A DNA stretch of 64,000 bases. Origin: Macrostomum lignano. Its lineage: Eukaryota. Below the pieces are notes generated by a model. It was not told the DNA's origin. It saw nothing but the letters and a program-made list of their open reading frames with translations, and did no database searches. The position numbers and the translations under genes are program-made. Every line of letters begins with the position of its first letter. The first letter of the stretch is position 1. This document shows positions 45,296-56,935 of this stretch, piece after piece. The stretch lies in NCBI GenBank assembly GCA_002269645.1, contig NIVC01003202.1:1-64000 (forward strand). Reading direction: 5' to 3'.

Positions 45296-46000
45296 TTAAA
45301 TACACAGAACCGATGGGCCCTCATTTCGGCCTTTCTTTTTGTTAGTTCCATTGTTAAGCACCGCGCAAGCAACCGCGGTTTCCATAGTTTTTTCAGCTTC
45401 ACCTTCACCATAGATGCTTTCCAGTTTAGAGCTGGCTGCACCGCAACAGCAGCAGCGCAATAGCTGAGCCACAGTTGCCAGTCCGCCAATAGCCACAGCG
45501 ACCAGAGCGGCGGCATAGCCAGCGGACACTGTGGACAGTCTGGCATGGACAAGCTGGCCAAATGAATTGTCACTACTAGCCAAGCTAACAGGGCCACCAG
45601 CGACATTGCTGGCTGAGCTACTAACATTACTAGCTAATGCTGGCAGCCGAATATATCCACAATAGCCAGCAGCGGAGGCCAGCGCAGGCGAGTCCGGATA
45701 AACAGCCGGCGCCAGCAGCAGGACGCATGGCAGGGCGGTCAGCAGGGCCGCCGCATTGCATGCCAGTCGAAGTCGCAGTCGACAATTGCCGCTGTCACGG
45801 CTATTGAAGCAGGCAGTCAGGAAGCCGGCCAGCACAAGCAGCAGGCCGCAAACTAATCCCAGGCCGAAGAATCCAACTCCATTAGTCACTAAGCTAACAA
45901 TAGCGTCAACAAACAGTAGGCTGAGACCAGCAACAATTTGAATGGCGCTTAAGCAGAAATTCAGGCGACGATCGCAGTTGGTGCTGAGCAGGACTTGCAT
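45296..46000 (-). CDS. Four-transmembrane protein, MS4A/CD20-like topology, single exon, 234 aa
   Basis: Hydrophobic segments LSAIQIVAGLSLLFVDAIV, GFFGLGLVCGLLLVLAGFLTA, LACNAAALLTALPCVLLLA, YAAALVAVAIGGLATVAQLL, followed by a CCCC cluster. Confidence 0.6.
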   Translation of the reverse strand: MQVLLSTNCDRRLNFCLSAIQIVAGLSLLFVDAIVSLVTNGVGFFGLGLVCGLLLVLAGFLTACFNSRDSGNCRLRLRLACNAAALLTALPCVLLLAPAVYPDSPALASAAGYCGYIRLPALASNVSSSASNVAGGPVSLASSDNSFGQLVHARLSTVSAGYAAALVAVAIGGLATVAQLLRCCCCGAASSKLESIYGEGEAEKTMETAVACAVLNNGTNKKKGRNEGPSVLCI

Positions 46001-47499
46001 GCTGATTTATTTGCTTATTGCCAATTGCACCATGCAATCAACCGAAATGCAAGCTCATTTGATTAACAAATACTTAAGCCTAACTTCGTATGTAAAACCA
46101 TAAAATCTAGTCATGGTATTATTATTCACCATTAGACAAGAGTCTATCTAAATTTCATGACTGTAACTATATAATGCGTCAAGGTTGTTGCTGGTATTTC
46201 CATTTATTAGAGATAATTATTAGAAAAGATATTTGTTGAGAAATAAAACAATATACAATAGCCAATAACAAATATATCTAGGCAAAGGCTGATAGATAGA
46301 TTATTATACATAAATTTTTGAATGCTTGGGAAATATATACTAGGTTATTTTATGTATACATTGATAATTTTGCTAGGTGAATTAACACTATACTACCCAC
46401 ATGACAACTCATCTGGCTACAATTCTGTTTTTTTATCTGGCAGTGCAATGTATTTCTGCCATTTAAAAACAGGAGAAAAACCAAAAATTTTGTCTACAAA
46501 CCAGATAAACTTGTTTCATGTTTCTGGTTTCACCTGGAATGGAATCCAGTATATATCCAGAAATATATCCAATTTGCAACTAGTGAAAGAGTAGAAAAAT
46601 ACTGTAGTAATTCTGGATCAAAACTAGACCATTGTCCTATCACTAGAGGAATTCCAGATTAAAATTTGGGCCGAATGTGCAACTCAGTTAATGGGTGCAT
46701 GCACAGACCAATATATATTTGTGTTTTCTATTTATAAAGATAGGAAAGAAAGCAAGATTACTAAAGACAAAAATTGAAATTCCAAAGGTAATAAAAATCT
46801 TTAAAAGATTTTTAAAGAGTAAGTGTTGTTCACAGTATTTTAAATTATATTTAGATATAGATAATATAATATAATAAAATATATATTATTAATTAAAGGG
46901 AAATAAATATAATTATAATTATAATTAAAAAATAATTAGTATAATATACCAATTTAAAGGACAAACAAAGTCTATACCTAGCATAATAATAATCCTATAT
47001 ATTAAAATAGCAAAACAAAAACTGTTGAATGCATATTTTTTTGTTGTTATAATCCCTATTGGAATAAATTTTGAAAATGTGTGGACATGTCAAAGGTCCA
47101 GCAAAAATACACCAAGGGGTCACTCTCTAAGGTATATAGGCCCCATCAAAGGGTCACCAAGTGTGCCAAGGGTGTAGGAGGCATTGCAACAATAAAGGAC
47201 CTTTTTGCAGCAACAATAAAGAATCTTTTTTGGTACTCTACATTGCTTTGGCAGTGGTAGTATACCAAAAAAGTAGCATTGCTATGCAGAGCATGCCAAA
47301 TTTTGCTTACTTTTTACTTTTTAATGTTTAGGCCATTCTGTGCATACACATTTTAACATGGATTCCAAGCATGCCAAGTATTGCACTATACTGAACTATG
47401 CTGCCTTACAAAGAAAATGTGCCATGCTGCAAGGTCATTTTGAAAATGCACTAGATGGCTGTCTACCATTTAGCAACTTTTTCCAATAGGGGTTGTAGT

Positions 47500-48110
47500 T
47501 ACAAAGAATGATCAAAAAATTTCGCAACCTTTTGTTATAGCTTTTAGTTATAAAATTGACAAAAGCCAAAAACTTACACATATGTGGCTATATTTGTTTG
47601 CTTTAATTATATGCATTTTTGGCTTCCAAATGTGCTCCAGTCAAATTTCATAGCCATTTTTTTCCATGTGTTTTTAGTAGCTGATGGAAACATAAAATAC
47701 TCTATGAAATGCTTCTATATCTTTATGCATATGCAACTTGGCTGCAGAGTGACTGAGATTCATACCAATCTAGTGAATGTTTTAGCTGACTCTGTTCTAT
47801 CATTTGACATGTTTGCCCTTGCCCATTGGTTGCGCCATTTTTCAGAAGGCCAGGACAGCTTCAACGATGAACTGAGGTCTGGCCAACCCCAGGCATCCAT
47901 GACCAATGTTGTAGCCTATGCTAACACAAAAATTTGTGAGGATTGGAGCACTATACTTAGATTCCTTGCCTATGAGCTTGGTGTCAGCTATAGAAGTGCT
48001 CATAATATCATGCATGAGCAACTGGGCCACACAGACCTGTGCTCAGTGGGTACCCTATCTTCTCACTCTAGAGCAGCAAGCAAAGAGGATGTACAAGATC
48101 CTAGCTAGAT
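47500..48110 (+). mobile_element. Degenerate mariner element, 5' part
   Basis: TIR-like TACAAAGAATGATCAAAAAATTTCG at ~47500. Translation HWLRHFSEGQDSFNDELRSGQP...FLAYELGVSYRSAHNIMHEQLG then shifted CAQWVPYLLTLEQQ (mariner WVPHEL-type motif). Confidence 0.78.
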
Positions 48111-50399
48111 TTAAACTCTATCTATAATCTAAGACTATAAGTTATATAAGCCCCAATAGATAAAAACAAGGCAGTTGTTATTGTTATAGTGACTATACAA
48201 ATAGCACAACATTATTTTTATGGTTAACAAACCAGAAATGTATGATGCATCCCAAAATGCGTCCTATGAGACCAAAAATGTGTCCTTATCAATTGAATCA
48301 ATATCTAGACTATATTATATTAACTATATTCTAATATAATATTAAGTACTGAATAGTGAGGAATAGTAAATAGGCCTACTCGATACAGACATTCACAATA
48401 CATTACAATAAATAGCCTAGGGCTAGGCCTAGGCCGCCTAGTTGTCAAAATATTGTGCATAACTCACAATCAAAGCTTATAAATAATCTTTTAAAACTAT
48501 GAATTCATAAACCCGAATATAATCCACAGCCACACTTATACTAAAGGCCAAAAGCGGAAAAGCCCAGGAACCAAAAGATCTTACAGTTATTTTTTCTACA
48601 ATACTGAATAATGATCGAGTGAGAATTGATAAATAATGTAATAAGCATACTCAACTAATTGACTGTCGAAAAAATAAAATTAAATTAGTTTTCATTGGAA
48701 ATATTAATTTTAAAATTCGCGCGCGGTAAAGTAAATATTGATACTGGGCCGTCAGTATTAAACCAAAAAATCTGCTTATTGTTGACATTTTTAATAATCT
48801 ACAATCTTTTGTCTTTAGTTTCATTTTCAAATCTTTGTTTAAAAGTATTTATACACATTAAACCACAGCACTATTTTAATCTTTTTTTCGGAGAATAAGT
48901 CGGGAGAATTGTGTGCTGCATGCATGTGTGTGCATTGCGAGTGTGCGTGTGTGAGTGAGCAATGAATGAACCAAGGATCAGAATTTCATCTTTCTAAAAC
49001 GTTTGATCGGAGGTTTCGGACATTAGCGCTTTAGAGTGCAGAAACTACATATAGCTGAAACGTCCTGGCCTCCGGCTTTCACACTCCTGATTATGGTCTG
49101 CAGCCCCAGAGACAAGAGTCACGAAGATGTGGCGAGCAGCTATAGGTCCTATAGTTATGAGAATATAGCAAGAGGATGGGTTGTATGATTTTGTTTGAAT
49201 CGGAGACTGATCGATAGGTGGATCGATTGGGCCGACAAACAGTCAGGGTGCTGCAGCAGCGTATATTTGATGACTGCTGTCGTTTGCTCTTATACGTACG
49301 TGTATAGCTTAATTGGTGATGCAGAGGCCGGGTGACCCAAAAGTAAAAAGTGACAATTTTCAGCAATAAGAGCAATTTAAATGTGCCAGTCACTTCTGAG
49401 TTCACCACATGCAGCTGTACATGGTAGATCCGGGGAGGCTGGTGCCCGGAGAGGGCTCAATGATAGTTACATGGTAGATGTACATGTATTTTAACCTCCG
49501 CTTTTGCGGGTACGCAGGCGCCTGTTTGGCATTCATAGAGAAGGGAAGGAGTCCGTGGCGGAGAGAGCATAGAGCTGGGGCGTGGTATACCGTACGTAGT
49601 CCAGATTAAGGTGGGGAAGAGGCCGATGACCGGGGGGGGGGCGGTTGTTCGAGGGGCAGGCCACGCCGCTGCCCGTAAATAGTTTTCTATAGCAGCGGAT
49701 TTATTATACAAAGCGTAGAATTTTCTGATTGGACGAGCCCGGGGGATGGCTAGCTCGACTCTGATTAGCTGAGCTCTAGACCCCAAAAATCCTATATTAA
49801 TTCACTGGGTGGTCTCTCAGATCCCAGCAGGGAACTTGAGAGTTGCAGTCATCATGTATATCATAAAAAAACTGGAAAAAGCTTTTTCCAGACATCCTGT
49901 ACCAAAAGTGAGAGCTAAACTTAACGCAATCATACATGTAGATCAAAATCGGCACAGACCAGGTTGACCTCTAGACGTAAATAACTTGACAAAAAATAAA
50001 CCTTGCTTTAAGTTGAAGTACAGTATGTCCTAGAAAGTAGTAAAACAGATCCCGGATTGAATAAATAATAAAAACCAGGACTAGCCTACAAGGAGTAAAG
50101 AGGAGATTGCAAAAATGCGTCCTCATCAATTGAATCAATATAGGATAAATCCAACAGTATCATTATTGCAATATGTGGCTGCTTTACAACAATTACGTAT
50201 TAAGTTAAATAAATATTCGATTCGAGAGTATCCATCAAAATTGTAGTTTGAACAAGGTTTTACTTGAAAATCGAGTTATTTACGTAAGACCCATACAAAA
50301 ATAATAAAATTTTAATTTCTATTGTATTTATTAAGTCAAATAACTACTGCATGGAATAACTTCTTGATGTACGGGATAGGATTTACATTTACATTACAT

Positions 50400-50460
50400 A
50401 ATAATAATAATAGATTACACCTGCTCCATTGGCCAGATGTGCAACCGACAGCTCAGCCGC
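50400..50460 (-). mobile_element. 3' tail fragment of the CORE-type SINE
   Basis: CAGATGTGCAACCGACAGCTCAGC is identical to 34486-34509; GATTACACCTGCT matches the tail of the 35115 copy; (AAT)n. Confidence 0.6.
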
Positions 50461-50859
50461 AGCTTTATAAGATAATTTACCGGTGTAAGAATCGATTTGT
50501 CAAAAATAGGTATATTCAATAAAAGTGCTTGTTAGGAGCTAGGGAGGGATAAAAAATGTCTGCGAACGGACACTACTAGAGTTGCTGAGCGGTATAAATA
50601 TTGAATGCTTAAATTAAACTGTAGGTGAAAAGCAAAAACTTGCTTTAATAAGAATACTGCAGACGAGGAAAAGGTTAATGGCATTTCATAAAACAATAAA
50701 TGTAACAAGAATATAAGCAGAAGCTTACAAAAATATACAAACCATAATTTTTAAAAATGGTTGCTATGACACAAATGCGTTGCCAGGCCTCCCTATTGGC
50801 TGGCACAAGTGCGATTTGAGCCTCCTGAGGCCTGAAGAGAGATTGTTGCCGAGAGTACT

Positions 50860-51005
50860 CAGCCTCACTCCCTGACACAGCCCCTCTCTGCACTCCCTGA
50901 CACAGGCACAGTCACCTCTGCACTCCCTGACCCACCTCATGGGCACAGTAACCTCTGCACTCCCTGACCCACCTCATGGGCACAGTCACCTCTGCACTCC
51001 CTGAG
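50860..51005. repeat. Short ~37-nt tandem repeat (CTCTGCACTCCCTGACCCACCTCATGGGCACAGTCAC) downstream of gene A
   Basis: 3-4 copies. Confidence 0.8.
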
Positions 51006-51021
51006 CGCTGTACAAATTACA

Positions 51022-53618
51022 TCACAACCGCTGACGAATTGCTTCTTCGTAGCTTGGTGGCGGAGTGGAGTCCACTTCTCGCTGCATTTGTGGAGGCAAC
51101 AGCGGCTGCTGTGTCGATGGCGGCGGCGGCGGTGGCAGCGGCGGCGGCGGCTGCAGCGGCTGCGGCAACGGCGATGGACGTGACTGCGAATGTGCAGCAT
51201 CAATAGCAGCAGGAGCCAGATGTACAGCCACAGGCTCTTCGGTGTTTGAAGATCTGGGCATGGCAACGGAAGTTTGCTAGTTTTTTCAGGTAGCTAGGCT
51301 ACGCTTAGTTTATTTCCGTAATAAATTAGCCACTTAGTTTATGCGAAATAATGGGATAAAAGGCGCTCGAGGATCTGGGAGGACAGTGATGAAACTTGAA
51401 GGATCTGGGAGGACAGTGATGAAACTCGGGGATCTGGGAGGACAGTGATGAAACTCGGGGATCTGGGAGGACAGTGATGAAACTCGGGGATCTGGGAGGA
51501 CAGTGATGAAACTCGGGGATCTGGGAGGACAGTGATGAAACTCGGGGATCTGGGAGGACAGTGATGAAACTCGGGGATCTGGGAGGACAGTGATGAAACT
51601 CGGGAATCTGGGAGGACAGTGATGAAACTCGGGGATCTGGGAGGACAATGATGAAACTCGGGGATCTGGGAGACTGCAGGCGGTGAAACTCGGGCTCAGT
51701 GATCATCTAAGATGACTAACCTGGAAATACAGCAGCATCTCCGAGCGTAATAGAAAAAGAACACGATAGCCAGGATGAAGATGACCAGGGTGACTATCAG
51801 AGCTCGATGACCGTCATTTCCGCTGCTATTCAAGTCAGGCGGCGTGTATTTCGGATACTCTGGAGCCGCAGGCTGCCTTGGTGTATCGTAGCACTTTGAA
51901 CAAGTGCTAAACTCCATTGACAAGCCGAAACATGGATAATTTATGTAAGAAAATGCCAAGCCTATGTCAGTAGATGCGGTCCTTTTCGACTTCCACACTG
52001 TGCCATTGCTGCACGCGCAATCTCTGAAGCGAGCTCGAGGCATCATGGATTCTTTCAATGAGCAGTCGCAGCTGGTCCACGAGCTCCAGACACACCATCT
52101 GCACCTGTTCGGCTGCCTGCTGTCGGATTCCATCTTTGTTAAACGCCATCGATGCTCAGATATTGCGCCAGCTGAGCAACTGCCTGGTTGGCCAGGGCAG
52201 CTGCACTGACGATTGCGCGTTGACAGAAACACGCCTGCGAAAGACGATAGAAAAGTGGGGAGTTGAAATTTCTTTATCGATTGAACGGGATCTCTATAGC
52301 TGGCGCACCCCCCCTCTGTAGCTGGCGCCCCCCTCTGTAGCTGGCGCCCCGCTCTGTAGCTGGCGCCCCCTCTGTTGCTGGCGCCCCGCTCTGTAGCTGC
52401 CGCCCCCCTCTGTTGCTGGCGCCCCGCTCTGTTGCTGGCGCCCCGCTCTGTAGCTGGCGCCCCCCTCTGTAGCTGGCGCCCCGCTCTGTAGCTGCCGCCC
52501 CCCTCTGTTGCTGGCGCCCCGCTCTGTTGCTGGCGCCCCGCTCTGTAGCTGGCGCCCCCCTCTGTAGCTGGCGCCCCGCTCTGTAGCTGCCGCCCCCCTC
52601 TGTAACTGGCGCCCCCTCTGTAGCTGGCGCCCCCTCTGTAACTGGCGCCCCGCTCTGTAGCTGGCGCCCCCCTCTGTAGCTGGCGCCCCGCTCTGTAGCT
52701 GCCGCCCCCCTCTGTTGCTGGCGCCCCGCTCTGTAGCTGCCGCCCCCCTCTGTTGCTGGCGCCCCGCTCTGTAGCTGCCGCCCCCCTCTGTTGCTGGCGC
52801 CCTCTCTGTAACTGGCGCCCCCTCTGTAACTGGCGCCCCCTCTGTAGCTGGCGCCCCCTCTGTAGCTGGCGCCCCCTCTGTAGCTGGCGCCCCGCTCTGT
52901 AGCTGCCGCCCCCCTCTGTTGCTGGCGCCCCCTCTGTTGCTGGCGCCCTCTCTGTAACTGGCGCCCCCTCTGTAACTGGCGCCCCCTCTGTAGCTGGTAC
53001 CCCCTGTAGCTGGCGCCCTCTCTGTCGGTAGCGCCCCCTGTAGCTGGCGCCCTCTTTATAGCTAAAACCCATTACTCCGAAAAGACATCCATATATAGCA
53101 CGCAATAATATCTCCAACGGACAATTTCAGCGCCAGAGGCAATTCGAACGATTTAAAGAACCTTTCGCATCGCTAGGAATGTCCTGTAAGTCAGCCACGT
53201 TATGTGGCGTCGCCCGCTTCGGCACCTGGTCCCTGCACGCAAAGGACCATTCGCTCCAGAAATTCCAAGGGCACCAGTTGGCCACAGGGTGCAATGCCTG
53301 GTCATAGACGGGTTCTCTGCTGCACTGGTGCAGGAATCTGTCAATGCCGACGAGATGTTTTTTATAAACGCATGGACACTCGATGCCCATTGATTTTTGC
53401 TCTGCAGCGCTGAGTACTATTTCATCAGACTGACTGTCCTTGTCATCGGTGCACCGGACAGCTCTGCTCAGCTTGCAGTGGCTAATGTTCTCATAACTTA
53501 ACCTAAAATAGCTTGGACAGACGCAGCGCCATGGACCCTGCTCACAGTTGACATTGCCAGTGTTAATTGTCTCCAAATGCGGTGACATAGACACCAGAAG
53601 CAGATATGATAGAAGCAT
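51022..53618 (-). CDS. Gene A: TSP1-repeat single-pass membrane protein with C-terminal PPSY motif, ~400 aa. Exons 53618-53162, 52234-51721, 51253-51022
   Basis: WCPWNFWSEWSFAC...RNRQCSCP and WCVWSSWTSCDC...RARFRDCAC...CFGLSMEFSTC (TSP1-like). TM ALIVTLVIFILAIVFFFYY then RRCCC. Pro-rich tail ending PPPSYEEAI. Exon lengths 457+514+232=1203 nt give one open frame. The 3rd acceptor was chosen by phase. Confidence 0.78.
51370..51670. repeat. Minisatellite, 29-nt unit (GGATCTGGGAGGACAGTGATGAAACTCGG), gene A intron 2
   Basis: About 10 copies. Confidence 0.95.
52300..53060. repeat. GC-rich minisatellite, ~19-21-nt unit (CTCTGTAGCTGGCGCCCCG), gene A intron 1
   Basis: About 38 copies; inflates ORF 51696-53117. 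Confidence 0.95.
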
Positions 53619-54678
53619 ATGTGGGGCTCTGTAACACGGTGTTGAATGGCTTTTTGTCAGGATGATAAAACACTTCGGCTAATTTTTATGGAATTTTGCA
53701 ACTTACTCTATGATAAAAGTCTCATATACGCTTCTATATGGTAAAAACTAAGTTTCTAACACATAATCAACATTGCTTTTGTCAGCCTAGTTGATAGTTA
53801 CGGCAACCAATTGTATCGCCTATGTGTCATTGATCGGGTATTGGCTAGAGTTATTTAATGCAACAGAATTGTGATTACAAATTACAATCCCGATCCAATA
53901 ATCGATGAGTGCTTAAATTTCTATGGCAGCGCTCATTTGGCCATAGATATTTAAGCAACCCACTCACATTTAGGCATTTAGGACTTGTCCATCTTTAGGC
54001 ACTGTCTTGTCCATAGTCTTGTCCACGGTCTTGTCCATAAGCATAGACAGAAAAAAGGTAAGCGAGTTGATGATTCGGCCATAGACATCAGCACAAAGGA
54101 TTCTCTCTCTTTTTCAGTTTTCCAAACTGTTATTGAATTTTTTTGAGCTCATAAAATCGAACTCCATTAAGTAAAGATCAGAATTATCAACTTGGGTGCT
54201 TTTTATCAACAACCTGCTTGCCTTTTTTATTTCAAATTGATTTCAAATTTTCAAATTGCTTAAGAGTAACTATCAACTTGCCTGACAAAAGCAATATCAA
54301 TTATCAATAAAAGCTAATGATGACAAAAGAATAAATGAAAGGAGAACGTAACGAGAACACATTTATGCAAGTTTCAGCATGTAGTTCGTACCATGAAGCT
54401 TAGTTCATTGATAATAAAAGCGCTGTATGGTCAGATAAAAGTTATAAACAGATGCGTAAAAAACAATAAAGACTGTTTCTAACACTGTTAAAAATTGGCT
54501 GTAGACTCAATTTAATTCAGGTGAATTTTGTACTATAGATACTAATGGCTTAGGTTGCTTAATTACATAAAGACTGGGATGGTAATCGCATTAATATAGA
54601 ACAAGACATCGGAATACATGTACATGCATACATGTAAATCGAGACTCGTACTAAAGATCTTTGGCGAAGTCTCGAACG

Positions 54679-56935
54679 TTAGGTCACCAGTTTTATGGCC
54701 TCTTCGTAAGAAGGTGGCAGAGGATTCAACGAGCTGTCGTCTGCAATGCGAGGCGGGGCAGCAGACGGGGTGCCATGGCCTGCTGGCGGAGGCAAGGAAC
54801 ATGATTGCAAGAGCTCTTGTTCTTGCTGCTGCTGCTGCTGCTGCTCCCTCTGGCGCTGCTGTTGTTGACTGCAAGAATGTTTTAAATTATGTCCATAAAT
54901 TTCATATCTCTGATGTACCACTGAGCACATACTAAATGTCTAAATATGTTTAAGTAAAACCAAGAAATTGAAAGAAATTCTTTCTTTCTTCTAAGAAAGA
55001 AGTGCTTTGACAATGAGCTGAGTTGACTGAACCGAAATAAGATGTACATGTAATGGACACGCAGAAAGATCAAAAGGTCTGAGCCGAGTAAATCCCAGCG
55101 CAAAATGTACAAGAGGAGCGCACTCACAGCCGGTCACTCCGTCGAGTTGCCCGACAGATGCAGCACAGGCAGAGCAGCACACCCAGCGGAATGGACACCA
55201 TTATTAACATCGGCTTGCTAAATATTAGTCCCAGATCCGTTTTCGAATTTCTTTTCGGCGTAGTTGACGACGAACTCGAGAGCCTGGGTTCGCACCAGCA
55301 CAGTTGAGTGTCGATGCCGGAGCCGCTGCAGCCAGACGCTGTTGGCGTGCCAAATTGACAGACTCGTTTGCGACGTTTTTTCACCCAAGTCGCGATCTGC
55401 GACAAGCAGCTGCAGTCATCGGACCAGGCGGATCAGGGGCACCAGGCCGACTGACGGCTAGCGGGGATCAGCAGCTCGCCGTTCACTGCGAGATCGGCGG
55501 TCCGCGGTGTGAAGGCCACCTGCTGACTGGGGCCGGAGCACTGGGTGCCGTATCTGCCTTTGGGACAGCGGCAGTGCCGGCTGCGCTGTCTCAGCCACAG
55601 GGAGCCGTTGTTGATGTCTGCAAAATAATCGTTTTCCTGGTTCACTTGTAAATTCTGATCATGCTCACCAATGACTTATTAACTCTTATCAGATTATCTT
55701 CAACTCATGGACGTATGGGCTCATGAACCCTCATCACACTCGTATTCATGAACTCACCCATGAACTCACTCATAAGCTTACTCATGAACTCATTCGCAAA
55801 CTCATTCACTGATAAACTTACCCATAAACTCACTCATGAACTCACTCGCAAACTCATTCACTGATAAACTTACCCATAAACTCACTCATGAACTCACTCG
55901 CAAACTCATTCACTGATAAACTTACCCATAAGCTCACTCATGAAATCATTCGCAAACTCGTTCACTGATAAACTTACCCATAAATTCACTCATGAACTCA
56001 CTCGCAAACTCATTCACTGATAAACTTACCCATAAACTCACTCATGAACTCACTTGCAAACTCATTCACCGATAAACTTACCCATAAACTCACTCATGAA
56101 CTCACTCACAAACTCATTCACTGATAAACTTACCCATAAACTCACTCATGAACTCACTCGCAAACTCATTCACTGATAAACTTACCCATAAACTCACTCA
56201 TGAACTCATTCGCAAACTCGTTCACTGATAAACTTACCCATAAACTCACTCATGAACTCACTCGCAAACTCATTCACTGATAAACTTACCCATAAACTCA
56301 CTCATGAACTCATTCGCAAACTCGTTCACTGATAAACTTACCCATAAACTCACTCATGAACTCATTCGCAAACTCGTTCACTGATAAACTTACCCATAAA
56401 CTCACTCATAAACTCATTCGCAAACTCATTCACTAATAAACTTACCCATAAGCTCACTCATAATCTCACTCATGAACTGAGCCACAAACTCAGTCACTAG
56501 TTGCTCACGAACTAAAAAGAGAAGTTCATTAAGCTCACGCTCATACTCTGACAGAGCGCTGGAGAGCCAGGAGTGTTTTTCTAAAATGGCATCGATTCAG
56601 GCGTAGCTCCAAGACTGCCAGCTCTGCCAAGAGCACCACATCGGATGGAAGCTGGTGTATGACAAGAATCGGGGTTTAGACAGACAGTTGAATGAGTACT
56701 GGGATCTGCAACTTATGCCTTTAACTCCCTGGCGAAGTTGATCATACTCTCGCAGAATGAAGGAAGAGCAATTCTTCTCTCTAAAAAGGATGCATTCTGT
56801 CTGATGCTCCTTGCACTGCCATTCAGACCATTCGCAGCCAGATGATTTCAGCTCAGGATAAAATACAACTTCAGCTGTGGCCATGGCCAGCAGATTAAAC
56901 ATTACACCCAGTATTGCAATTAGTGCTGATTGCAT
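54679..56935 (-). pseudogene. Gene B: paralog of gene A (signal peptide, three TSP1-like repeats, TM, PPSY) with two in-frame TGA codons; recent pseudogene or recoded gene. Exons 56935-56539, 55617-55128, 54868-54679
   Basis: MQSALIAILGVMFNLLAMATA signal; CEWSEWQC; WCSWQSWQSWSYA*; RQRSRHCRCP; WCP*SAWSDDCSC; TM MLIMVSIPLGVLLCLCCIC; tail PLPPSYEEAI. Exons 397+490+190=1077 nt, same phases (1,2) as gene A. Confidence 0.75.
55740..56480. repeat. Minisatellite, 52-nt unit (CACTGATAAACTTACCCATAAACTCACTCATGAACTCACTCGCAAACTCATT), gene B intron 1
   Basis: About 13-14 copies. Confidence 0.95.

Noticed and set aside
48960-49790. Possible solo LTR or promoter-like island (CCAAT, TATA-like, GC-rich patch)
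   Set aside because: No TG...CA boundaries, TSD or tRNA-complementary PBS could be established.
51696-53117. 473-aa ORF with a GRQLQR repeat as a coding repeat protein
   Set aside because: The array is bounded by a donor at 53161 and a strong acceptor (CTTTCGCAG) at 52235, so it is intronic.
53127-53129. Apparent third in-frame TGA in gene A (CLWR*NCP)
   Set aside because: It lies in intron 1 once the phase-1 donor AAG|GTTCTT at 53162/53161 is used, so it is not evidence for recoding.
54503-54513. GACTCAATTTA, reminiscent of part of a flatworm spliced-leader sequence as I recall it
   Set aside because: Only 11 nt, with no adjacent donor-plus-Sm-site SL RNA structure; consistent with chance.
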